Shown here: piece by piece, positions 25,790-38,931 of the stretch | How positions within the stretch are numbered: position 1 is the stretch's first letter | Layout: each line of letters opens with the position of its first letter | Assembly (NCBI RefSeq): GCF_964355755.1 | Contig: NC_092676.1 | Coordinates: forward strand, 11,571,888 to 11,635,887 | DNA length: 64,000 bases | DNA from: Antedon mediterranea | Lineage: Eukaryota > Animalia > Echinodermata | Direction: 5' to 3' | Program-made: the position numbers and the translations under genes | The notes under the pieces: model-generated | What the model saw: the letters and a program-made list of their open reading frames with translations, nothing else | What the model was told of the DNA's origin: nothing | Databases searched by the model: none

Positions 25790-26107
25790 TATTAGAGGAG
25801 AAGTTGGTGAAACCACATCGGAAGATATGGGTGAATCATCATTACTACTACTAGGTTCGTCAGCTTCTTCTGGGTGTTGTACTTGTAGTTGGGCTTGAAC
25901 TTGCTTCACGTACCTTCGATGTTTCTGTACTCTTCTTTTCACCGTCGCTCTCCGTGCATTTCTATCTTTTGTTGTAAGTTCTGCTGACGGAACATAGTAT
26001 TTCATTACACGTCTTGCTTCTGCTTGCAAGTACTCTGCTCCTCGCTTCTCTTTTTGTCGTTCCCGATACGCCGCCTGAATCTCGGCTCATGACTTTACCA
26101 GTGTCAC
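25790..26107 (-). pseudogene. Sola2 transposase N-terminal exon, 5' part
   Basis: KS*AEIQAAYRERQKEKRGAEYLQAEARRV...VSPTSPLI joins IKMSF at 20196 in frame once the LINE is removed. One TGA is probably derived from CGA. Confidence 0.65.
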
Positions 26108-26110
26108 CTA

Positions 26111-28724
26111 GGCCCGTATTCATGAAAGGGGACTAACTTTAGTCCTGGATTATCTCTGGATTTAGTCCTGGACTATTTTGAAATGGTATTCATGAAAGGG
26201 GACTAACTTTAGTCCTGGACTAAACCTGGACTAAACCTGGACTAAAACCAGCAAAAGATAGTCCACCCAAGGGGTAGGTTTAAGAATAGTTTCAATATTT
26301 TTTAGATAATATAGTTTAATTTCATTTATTTTTCTATTGGTTTAGACTGCTGAACACATATCTGGTCAATATTATATGCCTCCTCTACTACCGTCCTGTT
26401 TGGCTACATGGAATGATGCTGTTGGTCATGTAAGGTAATAAGATAAAGACAACTATTTAAAATGTATTAATAAATTGTCTAAACAAATTGCATCCTGTGA
26501 ACTACACAAGGTGTGTGGGGGATTGAATAAAAAAATCCTGGATCCACCCACTGCATAGTTATCTAGGAAGGCCTGATTTCTGGATATTTTCATCATATTA
26601 AGTTAAGCAGTATTATTGAAAAAAAAAAATGGAGTGGAGTATTGTGACAAATTATCTAGGCTTGTAAGCCTACAGTTTTTGTTGGCCAGGGCTAAAGATT
26701 GTCTATCGTCTACCGCTATTATCTGTACTGTGTTAATTAAAGTTTGGATGTAATATAATTTAACATTATTTATTTTTTTTAGATACAATTGCTAACAAAC
26801 CTGGATGGAGCGCAATAATCATGCAGAGAGAAACAGGACTACCAAAACAATTGTATAGCAAGTTGTACGGTACTTGTGTAGTAATAAATGAAAATAAGAA
26901 TACCCATATAAAAACAACAAATGAAACTTTTTAAATTACTGTATTGTTTTATTCAAAAACAGTAAATAAATAAATTAAAATACCATATTACTGTAGTTTT
27001 GTCAGCATGTACATTCATGTTCAGATCACAGAATTCTGTTCAGTTTTTATTTAGATAAATAATTTGTGACTGAAATACATATATATACAATTGTCATCAA
27101 AATAAATAGTTTTGTTTATACTTAAAGATGGTCATCATGTCTTGAATTATTTTTATGTCCGATTCTCAATTCTGCAGTCGAGCCAGTTTATACTCTGTGA
27201 TAATTTTGCAATCACAGCTCCAACAATGAAAATAGTAGTATAATAACAGTATTTAAACAATGTTGATGCCTTGCTAACTTGAAAATCTGTGTAGATAAAA
27301 AAAAAGAGGAAATTTACAATAAATATTGGAAATTAGTAACTGTATTATGTTTTTTTTTATATTTTCCTGTGAAATTACTTTTTAATCAATATTTCTGTTG
27401 AACATGTTTTTCTTATTTCTATGTTTTTTGTTTGCTTTGCTATATTTATTTGTTTGTTTTATGTATTTATATGAGGGCCCCTTGAATTATGGTCATCATG
27501 CATACTGTATGCTAGGTTCACCATTTAACAAAAAACAAAATAAAACATTTGAAATAATTATATATAAAAGGTAGTGCACTATTTAAATGTGATATCTCAT
27601 TGTAAATCTTATTGAACACAGATCTTCAATTAAATAATGCATGTTATTGTTATGCCTACTACCCGGAGACTACCCTGGCCAGTAGCTAGTAGTAGTAGAA
27701 GGCAGGCTATTGCTCTACTCTAGTCTAGTAGTAGGAACTAGATAGGCAAGGTTGCAGTTAGCTAGGTTAGGCCTTTTTTTTATAAATTTAATCATCATAT
27801 TATTATTATTATTATTATTATGAATCAACCTACTGTAACAGATCAATTAATAATAACAAATGATGAACCCATTTTTTTAAACAAAATATAAAAAAGGACA
27901 AAATTAGTAGTACTACTAGCTAGGCCTACCTAGGCTAGAACTAGTAGTAGTAGCAGTAGTAGGAGTCTGCCTATAATCCTCCTATATATAATAATAAATA
28001 TAGGCCTTGTAGTTAGCTAGTTATTAGGCTAGTCTAGATCTAAAGAGTAGACAGTAGTTACTACTGGAACAAGGCCTAGGCTAGGTAGCAGGCCATAGTT
28101 TTAGTGAAACTAGTGTAGGCCTAGGACTATAATAGTGGGTGGGAATACTAGGCCTAGATAGTAGTTGCGCCTAGGCTAGTCTAGGTAGGCATAGAGAGGT
28201 AGACTAGGCCTAGGCCTAGTCCAACAAGGTAGGCCTAGCTGGCCTAACTAGGCTAGCTAGGCCTGAAGTTCGCCTTAAAATTCAAATAAAATTACACAAG
28301 AGTCTTCTTTAAATATTCAAGACTTACTTTGTTTTCCAATAATTTCATTTATGCTTCTGGTTTAATGGCAAAATTAGTTGTTTTATGTTACTATTTATTC
28401 ATCAGGCATCTGTCACACGTGTACACGTACTGTGTGTGCAGAACCTATAATCTGACCTCTAGTTGAACTTGTGCAGGGTAAAATTATACCCTGGACGCGT
28501 AGTACGCGATTGCAATGCTAGCGTGTTTAGAACAATTTTAGAAGGAAACATCATGGACCACCTAGCTGCTGTAATTTTCCGTGGCTTAATCCAGGACTAT
28601 TTAGTCCAGGTTTCATGAATACCATATCAAGGATAGTCCAGGATTATCCTTAGTCCTGGACTAGATAGTCCAGGACTAAGGATAGTCCAGGACTAAAGAT
28701 AGTCCCCTTTCATGAATACCGGTC
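26111..28724 (+). mobile_element. Element A copy 2 (both TIRs, ~1-kb internal deletion), Harbinger-like
   Basis: TIRs GGCCCGTATTCATGAAAGGGGACTA / TAGTCCCCTTTCATGAATACCGGTC, a 3-bp TSD CTA, and subterminal (CCTGGACTA) repeats. Deletion junction at ~26286. Confidence 0.88.
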
Positions 28725-30122
28725 CTAGTGTTTAACAAAATGTATTAGTATTAAATCGAAATAAACAAATATTAAATTATATTTTTACATTTTAAATAAC
28801 CATAATGTAAAAAAATACATTGACTTTGTATGTAGTAAATTATGTAACTTACGTTACCATGAACTTACTATTAATACTTGTGAGTATCGATATTACAAAG
28901 ACACAAGATGTATCCAGGTACATGACATACGTTTGACAATGAATATTCATAAACATATATACACAGATATTATATTAATATCATTGCTATGTTCGGTAAT
29001 GTTACAACAACATAGACATACAACATCAATGTGAAACTTACGTTACCATAGTATCAAGGGCAAAAAAACTTCCCATAAAATAACCCTAAATAAAATCAAC
29101 TCCGGTTGGAGGTAATGTTCATTATTGCCTGTATAATATAACTTAAATTATTTGAATATACTGAGTAGAAAAAAAACAAGACGTCTTAGAAATGAGGTAT
29201 ATAAAATGGTAACCTACGTTACATGTAGTGTAATTTACGTTACGTTGTTGCCTATGCTAGCTTACTAGTGTAAATTGTACAATGTAATAACATACTTGCA
29301 TATCTGTCTAATTTCCTAAATTATGAACATTAGGAAAGTTGTTCTAAATGATCTTTAGTGAATTAAGCATTTGAATACTTACTAAAATATACTCGAAAAT
29401 CTGATATGACGAATAAACTATGAAATTGTGAAGAAGTATTTATAAAAACGTGGTCAAAATTGCCGCTGTCTGCCGAATCACGTGGTTAAAACTTTTTATT
29501 GTGTCAGAGGGCGTTTTCTTGATCATAAGAATATCTGTATTCCTTAGAAATGTCCATAATATTAAAACTCATCAGTAACAATATATATGGTAACGTAAGT
29601 TACCATAACGTAAATTTCAAATGAACTTCAAAGGCTCAAATAATTAAATCTTAAAACAACAACAAAATAATCAGTTTAAAATTAAACTTGACGTAACTAA
29701 TCTTATAAATTATTATAACATGTGTGTACACAAACCGGATCCTAAGAAGAAATGGGGTAACGTAGGTTACATCGCTTAACCAATCGTTTTTCATTAACAC
29801 TTTCCAGGCAATTTTATAACGTATTTACATTATATTTCTTCCGCGCAAGCAATATAATCGTTATCAAGAGTACAAATCACATATAATACGAAGAAAAACA
29901 CTTTTATAGGTAATTATTAATTGATATTTAATGCATTTTTTAAAGTCTGTAACGTAAGTTACGTCATTTGTGCGACATATTTAATTGAAGAATTTTTTAA
30001 AATAAAACTCATTTTTTGTCAAAATTTCACTTACATGCGTTAAACGTATAGGTAAGGCTCCAAAATATACAGTATTTACAATGATAAATGGGATTATATT
30101 TAATTTTTACACTAGAGAATAT

Positions 30123-31954
30123 GTGTACCGCCAAACCAAAACCAGGCGTTTGTCGGCAGCAAGGGATTTCTGTAAAATGCTTCTGAATGTGTAAAACCTA
30201 TATCTTGACCATTTTTAGTTTTTTAAATAATCTTACAGAAAATTTACCGTAGATTCCAAAAATCTATGTATTTTAAAGAAATTATAAGTATAAATCAATG
30301 AAAATAACATTTTAATGAGACCCCCTTTTTCGTCTTTGGTGAAAAAATCAAGTTCTATTCTGTAATTTGTGTCTATTTCTAACCAACTTTTACCTCTTTG
30401 ATTATGAGAAGACCCCTTAATGTGTGGTATTTTTAGAAAGCTCGTGAAAAAATCTTTCCAAAGATAAAGGTTGTAGGTCATGTAAAATAATAGTATAGCC
30501 AATCAAACACATTCTTTAATAACCTTTTGGTATAAGCAAAGCAGTCTTGTTGCTACGGAATCCTGAAACAGGCAATTTGATTGGCTAACAGAGTGGCTCA
30601 AGTCATTGAAGCGTTAAATTTGCCTTTAACAGCTATTCAAAGTACACTGAGGAAGCGGTAAGGTTTTAACAAAACTTTCTTACTGTAAAAAACATTCAAT
30701 ATTAATTCATACTTGCTATTTATGCATCCTAGATAATATAAAACAACATAGAATAGTTTAATGATTTATATAATATGAAAAGTAGAAATATTGGCTTCAC
30801 TAGCGAATCATAAACAACAAGAGGTTAGAAAGTACGAAATGACTTTCTAGCGCGACACACTCAGTTTGGTGAACACAGAAACACTTTTGGTCAAAATATT
30901 AGGCCTAGCCTAGGCATAAGATAAGAGATGAACTGTATGCCAGCTTAGTACTTCAAGTTAGCCTAGTAAAACCACCTAGCATACCTTGGTCTAGGCCTAC
31001 CCCAAAAAAAAAATGATTTTTAAATGTGTTTAAAAAAGTTTAATTTAATTTTTCATTCTGTTTTCAGATCTTGATTGGTAATACTGTAATGTAATACCAA
31101 TAGTTTTGACAGTGGTGGTGATGCTGTTGCTACTTTCTCTTCTCAAAGAACTCCAATAATGGTGGTGATACGCTGCTTAATATAACTTTACAAAAATGAC
31201 TTTGATTCTGATGATACATGACACATGTATTCTATTATGCAACGTAACCCTGAATAAAACCGTGAAATAATTGTATCGAAAAATATGTATGTATTTAAAT
31301 GACCCGGCACAAAAGATGATAATACTGTTGTTGTAACACGCAGCCTGAAATGACCAAAATGTTATAATTTAAAGTGTACCAATTGTAAATAAATTTAAAC
31401 ACATCAAACACAATCAACTGTCTGTGTATCATTAATTTTGGTTCATTTCTATGTGTTGTATTTTTATTGTCACTTTATTAATAGTACTTATTTATAGTTA
31501 TTACAAGCCTCACACATAACATAAGTTTAGTAAAAAAAAGTTTACTAACGTATGTTGTTATTTGAAGTCTCATTTGACAATGTTAATGTTAATGGATTTC
31601 TTTGAAAATTTCAATGATTATAGAAAAATGTATTAGTTACATTTGTGCTAAATTTCAAAGCCATAGGTATACCAGAAGTTAGCGTTGTCAAGGTGAACAT
31701 GAGTCGCTGTCTGCCAGCACATTTAAACTTCCTTTTTGAACTATTGTTTATCTTTGAATGCATTTTTCACTGCTAAATAAAAATGAATTCTTACTTGTAT
31801 TTCTTTACTTATTGTATCATAACTCTAAAAATACTTGACCAAATTGAATAATTTTTTCAGTATTTTAAAGCAAATTATGTGCTCTGTACAAATATCTTGA
31901 AAACTCAAAATGTCACATTTACGACAAATGCCTGGTTTTGATTTGGCTGTACAC
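30123..31954. mobile_element. Non-autonomous TIR element with ATAT TSD (Sola-like)
   Basis: ATAT|GTGTACCGCCAAACCAAAACCAGGCGTTTGTCG ... CGACAAATGCCTGGTTTTGATTTGGCTGTACAC|ATAT. No long ORF. Confidence 0.8.
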
Positions 31955-33142
31955 ATATTATGAAATTGGCCGGCGACAGGCGGTTTTGTGTCATATCATG
32001 AAGTTTAAAGTGACATTATTTTTTAAGGGCAAGGATTTTCAAAATAAAACTTGGCCAATACAAAGAATAACGTTTCCTGTACCGTCATAACGCTTTAAAA
32101 CACACTTTTAGTGCATAGTTTTATATATATAACACAGTAATTATAGGCGACATTGGTTTTTCATATTCGTGTTGGTATAGTGAGCCTGTTTTATCCTTGA
32201 TATGGTATTCATGAAACCTGGACTAAATAGTCCTGGATTAAGCCATGGAAAATTACAGCAGCTAGGTGGTCCATGACGTTTCCTTCTAAACTTGTTCTAA
32301 ACACGCTAGCATTGCAATCGCGTACTACGCGTCCAGGGTATAATTTACCCTGCACAAGTTCAACTAGAGGTCAGATTATAGGTTCTGCACACACAGTACG
32401 TGTACACGTGTGACAGATGCCTGATGAATAAAAATAGTAACATAAAACAACTAATTTTGCCATTAAACCAGAAGCATAAATGAAATTATTGGAAAACAAA
32501 GTAAGTCTTGAATATTTAAAGAAGACTCTTGTGTAATTTTATTTGAATTTCATTTAAAGAAATTGGATTTTAAGGCGAACTTCAGGCCTAGCTAGCCTAG
32601 CTAGGCCTACCCTACCTCTCTCTAGACTCTAGGCCTACCTAGACTAGCCTAGGCGCAACTACTATCTAGGCCTAGTAGTATTCCCACCCACTATTCTAGT
32701 CTTAGGCCTACACTAGTTTCACTAAAACTATGGCCTATTACCTAGCCTTGGCCTAGTTCCAGTAGTAACTACTGTCTACTCTTTAGATCCAGACTAGCCT
32801 ACTAACTAGCTAACTACAAGGCCTAGGCCTATATTTATTATTATATATATATAGGAGGATTATAGGCAGACTCCTACTACTACTGCTACTACTACTAGTT
32901 CTAGCCTAGGCCTAGCTAGTAGTACTACTACTAATTTTGTCCTTTTTTTATATTTTGTTTAAAAAAATGGGTTCATCATTTGTTATTATTAATTGATCTG
33001 TTACAGTAGGTTGATTCATAATAATAATAATAATAATAATATGATGATTAAATAAAAAAAATAGGCCTAACCTAGCTAACTGCAACCTTGCCTATCTAGT
33101 TCCTACTACTAGACTAGAGTAGAGCCTGCCTTCTACTAGCTA

Positions 33143-36100
33143 TTCAATTCAATTCAATTCAATTCAATTCAAAATTCTTTAATCATCCCACACGGGGCAA
33201 TTCAAATAAAAAGTTCTGGATTAAAATGATCTTACAAAAATTAATATACAAAATATCACAATACACAGAACAAAAAAAAAAAAAAAAAGTCAAGTCAAGG
33301 TTCAAGAATTTAAGAGTCGAATAGCCACTGGCAAAAACGAATTCCTTTTCCGGTTTGTTCTACATGCCGGGCATCGAAAGCGACGCCCATGAGGCATGAG
33401 CTCGAAATCACTGAACAAGGCATGGTTAATATTTTTTAGAATAGCTCTACTTTTTTCTAGAGTTTGCATGTCACAGAAAGAAGATAAGCTACGAAGTTGA
33501 CAACCTATTAATTTAGAACTTAAGTTAACAATTCTTTGTAGTGAGTTTTTCTCTTTGACCCTAAGACTAAAAAACCAGCATATAAAGGAAAAAGTTAAAA
33601 CGTTCTCAATAAAGGAATTATAAAAAACCCTAAGAATTACTTTATCGACATTAAAATGGTTCAGCTTCCTTAACAGATAAAGTCTCTGGTGTCCTTTCTT
33701 TACTATTGCCTCTGTGTTTAATTCCCAGCCGAGATTGTCCTCAAATATAGTACCTAGGTATTTAAAGGAATGGACAATATCGACTGGTTCGTCATTTATA
33801 ATGGATACCCAAGGGTTGCGTCCTTTCTCCTTCCTAAAATCTACAATCATCTCCTTGGTTTTGGTCACATTGAGTTCCAAGTAGGAGTTTCCACAAAATT
33901 GGATAAAATCATCTAAAGCGGAACCATGGCCGTCCTGTGAATTTTGAAGGAGAGACAGCAAGACAGTGTCGTCAGCAAATTTAACAAGATGACTATTGTC
34001 CTGTTTGCTGCGACAGTCATCCGTGTATATAATATACAGGAGAGGAGAGAGGACGCAACCCTGGGGGGATCCAATACTTGTCATACGTACATTCGATTGT
34101 CTTTGGTTAACTAAGACCCTCTGACATCTGTTCGTAAGAAAACTTATAATCCATAATACAAAATCACGTTGAAAACCAAAATTCGAAATTAATTTGTTTG
34201 CTAAAATATAAGGGTGCATGGTATTGAAGGCAGAAGAGAAGTCGGCGAATAACATTCTGGCGTGAGATCGAGGCAGTTCAAGGTGCTTGTACAATGTGTT
34301 TAATAAAAAAAGCTTGGCATCCTCAACACCTCTTCCAGACCTATATGCAAACTGCAGTGGATCGAGTTTAGACTCTACAACAGACGTGATGTAGGTTTTA
34401 ACTATCTTTTCAAAGATTTTCATAACAAGAGATGTCAGCGCAATAGGGCGCAGATCATTCAGTTGTTTTATGACAGTCTGTTTAGGAATAGGTTTTATAA
34501 TCGATTCTTTCCAAAGATTAGGAACTACACACTGGTTTATAGAGGTCTGGAAGAGGTACCGAAGGACACCACTGAGCTGATCCGCACACGACTTCAATGT
34601 TCTGCCCTCAATACCATCGGGACCAGAACTCTTATATACATTTATATTCCTGAGTAATGTTCTAACATGATCCTCAGAAATAATAATTTCATCTACATGC
34701 GGATCATTATTGCCAACAGTGTCGTCTTTTAAATCGTGTTTTTCAAACCTAGCAAAGAAGTCGTTTAATCTATCTGGCAATGCCTGGTCATCAATACCCT
34801 CTACATTTATTTTATTTCTTTGTGTTTTATCAGCTGTGTTTATAGACGCCATATGTTTAATTCCTTGCCAAGCACTACGAATACATTCACTACTAAACTT
34901 ATTTTAAATTTTTCTCTTATACATGTCTTTAGCCTTACGGACAGCTACTTTAACTTCTTTATTTATTTGCTTATTATCATGAGTGGTGCCTTGGTAAAAA
35001 ATCCGTTTTTTCTTATTTAATATGTCTTTCAACTCTTTCGTAACCCACGGCTTATTATTTGCAAAAACGACAACCTCTTTTTTCGGTATTACTGAATCAA
35101 CACAATAATTTACATATGATGTTATAACATCCGCCATTTCGTTTAGATTTGGTGACGACTCATAAAATACTTGCCAATCAGTGCATTCAAAACACCCTCT
35201 TAAACGTTCGATACTGTCCAAAGTCCACAATTTAACAGTCTTGACTATTTTGTCCTTCCTCTGGATAACTGGGACATATTTTGGAATCAGATTCACACAA
35301 TTGTGGTCCGACGCACCAAGCGGTGGTAATGCCACGGACCTATATGCGCTTGGAACTGTACCGTAGCATAAATCTATTGTTTTATCTTTACGAGTAGGGC
35401 AGGTTACATATTGGTGGTATATTCTGAGCACTTTACCAAGCTTGTGTTGGTTGAAATCGCCTAGTATGAGCCTGGGTGCGTCAGGTGACAATGTCTCCAA
35501 CTTGTGCGTATTTTCAGACAAGATTTCAGCTGCTCGTGTAGAATTAGCCTTTGGGTGTATATACACAACTGTAACAAATAACTGTGGAAATTCCCGCGGA
35601 CAATAGAATGGTCTCAGTGAAATTGTCAACAATTCAATATCAGGTGTACATTGCTTATCGCGAACAATAGTTATGTTGCACCATCGTTTGTTTACAAATA
35701 AGCATACACCACCGCCAATGTCTTTTCCGGATTGTTTTGTCCTATCTCCTCGAATTAGGGTGAATCCATCAATGTCGACACTTTCATTAGGGACATTTTC
35801 GCTCAACCATGTTTCTGTAAAACATAATAGATTGGCTTCTCTAAAAACCCTATCATATCGAATATTTGTCCAAACCTCATCCATTTTATTTTTTAATGAC
35901 CGAACGTTTGCCAAAACAATTGTTGGCAAGTGTAAGCGATATTTATTTTTCCTTATCCTCTGTCTTTCTCCTCCTTTCTTACCCCTCTTCCTTCTTTTAT
36001 GTCTGCTATTATTGTCGTAGTTGTTTCCTTTGCTAATTATATCTAGGCTTAGGCGTGTTACATCTTGTATTGTGTCGCTCTTCGATCTAAGGCTTAGCAG

Positions 36101-36348
36101 CGCTTCCCTGCTGTAGACCAGTCTACCGTGACCGATACCATCGACGCTAACACAAAAAACACAACATCGTATGAATAGTAAAAGTGACAAAACTCCACAA
36201 ACCACGTAATTAGATCCACAATACATTCTTACAAGTGTCAATCAACAAGATTACTCCAAAAAAGTTACTAATTTAACAAAAATCGAATTTAGATCACAAC
36301 AAGATTCCAGCCTTAGACGTCGCCACTGAGCAGCGCCACCAAAAAGGT
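33143..36348 (-). mobile_element. Rex1/Babar-clade LINE, full length, single ORF
   Basis: (TTGAA)n tail at 33143-33172, short 5' UTR starting GGTGGCGCTG, and element A sequence on both flanks. Confidence 0.82.
33302..36241 (-). pseudogene. Rex1/Babar APE-RT polyprotein with one in-frame stop (34904-34906)
   Basis: LVYSREALL..KRRKRGKKGG..LANVRSLKNK, CFTETWL, GDFN and SDH; RT motifs LRPIALTS, DFSSAFNT, PQGCVLSP and KFADDT. The two track ORFs are in the same frame, 17 codons apart. Confidence 0.9.
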
Positions 36349-38931
36349 GGGTAGTCTCTCCTGGTAGTAGGCATAACAATAACATGCATTATTTAATTGG
36401 AGATCTGTGTTCAATAAGATTTACAATTAGATATCACATTTAAATAGTGTACTACATTTTATATATAATTATTTAAAATGTTTTATTTGTTTTTTGTTAA
36501 ATGGTGAACCTAGCATACAGTATGCATGAATGACCATAATTCAAGGAGCCCTCATATAAATACATAAAACAAACAAATAAATATAGCAAAGCAAACAAAA
36601 AACAGAGAAATAAGAAAAACATGTTCAACAGAAATATTGATTAAAAAAGTAATTTCACAAGAAAATATAAAAAAACAAACAATAATACAGTTACTAATTT
36701 CCAATATTTATTGTAAATTTCTTTTTTTTATCTACACAGATTTTCAAGTTAGCAAGGCATCAACATTGTTTAAATACTGTTATTATACTACTATTTTCAT
36801 TGTTGGAGCTGTGATTGCAAAATTATCACAGAGTATAAACTGGCTCGACTGCAGAATTGAGAATCGGACATAAATAATTGAATGACCATCTTTAAGTATA
36901 AACAAAACTATTTTGATGACAATTGTATATATATGTATTTCAGTCACAAATTATTTATCTAAATAAAAATTGAACAGAATTCTGTGATCTGAACATGAAT
37001 GTACATGCTGACAAAACTACAGTAATATGGTATTTTAATTTATTTATTTACTGGTTTTGAATAAAACAATACAGTAATTTAAAAAGTTTCATTTGTTGTT
37101 TTTATATGGATATTCTTATTTTCATTTATTACTACACAAGTACAACTTGCTATACAATTGTTTTGGTAGTCCTGTTTCTCTCTGCATGATCATTGCGCTC
37201 CATCCAGGTTTGTTAGCAATTGTATCTATAAAAAAAAAAAAATAATGTTAAATTATATTACATCCAAACTTTAACACAGTACAGATAATAGCGGTAGACG
37301 ATAGACAATCTTTAGCCCTGGCCAACAAAAACTGTAGGCTTACAAGCTAGATAATTTGTCACAATACTCCACTCCATTTTTTTTTCAATAATACCGCTTA
37401 ACTTACTATGATGAAAATATCCAGAAATCAATCCTTCCTAGATAACTATGCAGTGGGTGGATCCAGGATTTTTTTATTCAATCCCCCACCCACCTTGTGT
37501 AGTTTGCAGGATGCAATTTTTTTAGACAATTTATTAATACATTTTAAATATTTGTCTTTATCTTATATTACCTTACATAACCAACAGCATCATTCCATGT
37601 AGCCTAAGAGGATGGTAGTGGAGGAGGCATATAATAGTGACCAGATATGTGTTCAGCAGTCTAAACCAATAGAAAAATAAATGAAATTAAACTATATTAT
37701 CTAAAAAATATTGAAACTATTCCTGGCCTAGGCCTATTTACATTAAATTATGCCAAATTAAAATTAATTCAACAGGTTGTATGTAAATTGTTTCATTTTT
37801 ATCTTACCTTACCTGACCAGCAGCATTCCATGTAACTTGGACAGTAGTGGAGGCATATAATATTAACCAGACATTTCTTCAGCTGTCTAAACCAAATAGA
37901 AAAATAAATGATATTAAAATATATACATCTATTATTACTACTAACTATTTATTAGCCTAGGTCTATTGTATTTCGACACAATGTAGTTGATATGGGGTTA
38001 AAAAGGCATCGCCTAAACTTTCCCATTCTATGCCAAATTAAAATTAATTCAACAGGATGCCCATATATGTAAATTGATCCAATATTTTGAAAATACCTAA
38101 CTGTAACACTGCATTCATTCCAGTCTAGGCCTAGACAAGGCTAACTAAGTAATACAATGTATGCCTACAATAGAATAAGACTACTGTTTACGGACTACCT
38201 GAAGTAGGGCCTTGCAATGTCCACCGACTCAGCCAATGGCATAGTCTAGAGAGGCCTAGTTAAGTGTAGGCGTAGCTTAAAATAGGCTTTTAGACTGCGG
38301 TCTAGCTAGCTAGGCTATATCCCTCTAACATCATTTTAAACAAAAATGTTAATAATGTAAAATCTATTAAAAATTAAGATTATATATAATGTGATTTACA
38401 TCTTTAAATAAGTTAAATGTGCGCTTAATGAAGAACAAATCATTTTAACACTAGCAGTATAGGGTGGTTGCTAGGCAATATCGCCCTAGGCAAGCGCTGT
38501 CAGAATTAAAGCTGTGGGCCTAGCTTTTGGGCCTAGATTAAACACACTAAATTAACTTACTAAATATAATTTTTTTACTTTCTAAAGTACTTTATTATAT
38601 TAAATATATGTTGTAATTACTAATTTGATACAAATAAAAATGATTATTATTATTTTGCTTCTTAAATACCGTTTTAAAGTTGTCACACTTGTAACCTACC
38701 TTACCTCAGGCCGCCATTTTTTTCGAGCTATTCTTGAGATAGTCCAGGACTAACTTTCTTAAACCTACCCCTTGGGTGGACTATCTTTTGCCGGTTTTAG
38801 TCCAGGTTTAGTCCAGGTTTAGTCCAGGACTAAAGTTAGTCCTCTTTCATGAATACCATTTCAAAATAGTCCAGGACTAAATCCAGAGATAATCCAGGAC
38901 TAAAATTAGTCCCCTTTCATGAATACGGGCC

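Larger units (their letters stand above)
5846..29976 (-). mobile_element. Sola2-type DNA transposon (left terminus missing), host to three nested insertions
   Basis: Contains the transposase gene. A palindromic GTAACNTANGTTAC motif recurs at ~6027, 17722, 28844, 29209, 29590, 29757 and 29949. The probable right end is ...GTTACGTCATTTGTGCGAC|ATAT. No matching left terminus is seen. Confidence 0.65.
32192..38931 (-). mobile_element. Element A copy 3 (inverted; ~100 bp of one end missing; Rex1 LINE inside)
   Basis: 32192-33142 is the reverse complement of ~27685-28636. 36349-38931 continues the element and ends at TIR ...CATGAATACGGGCC. Confidence 0.88.
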
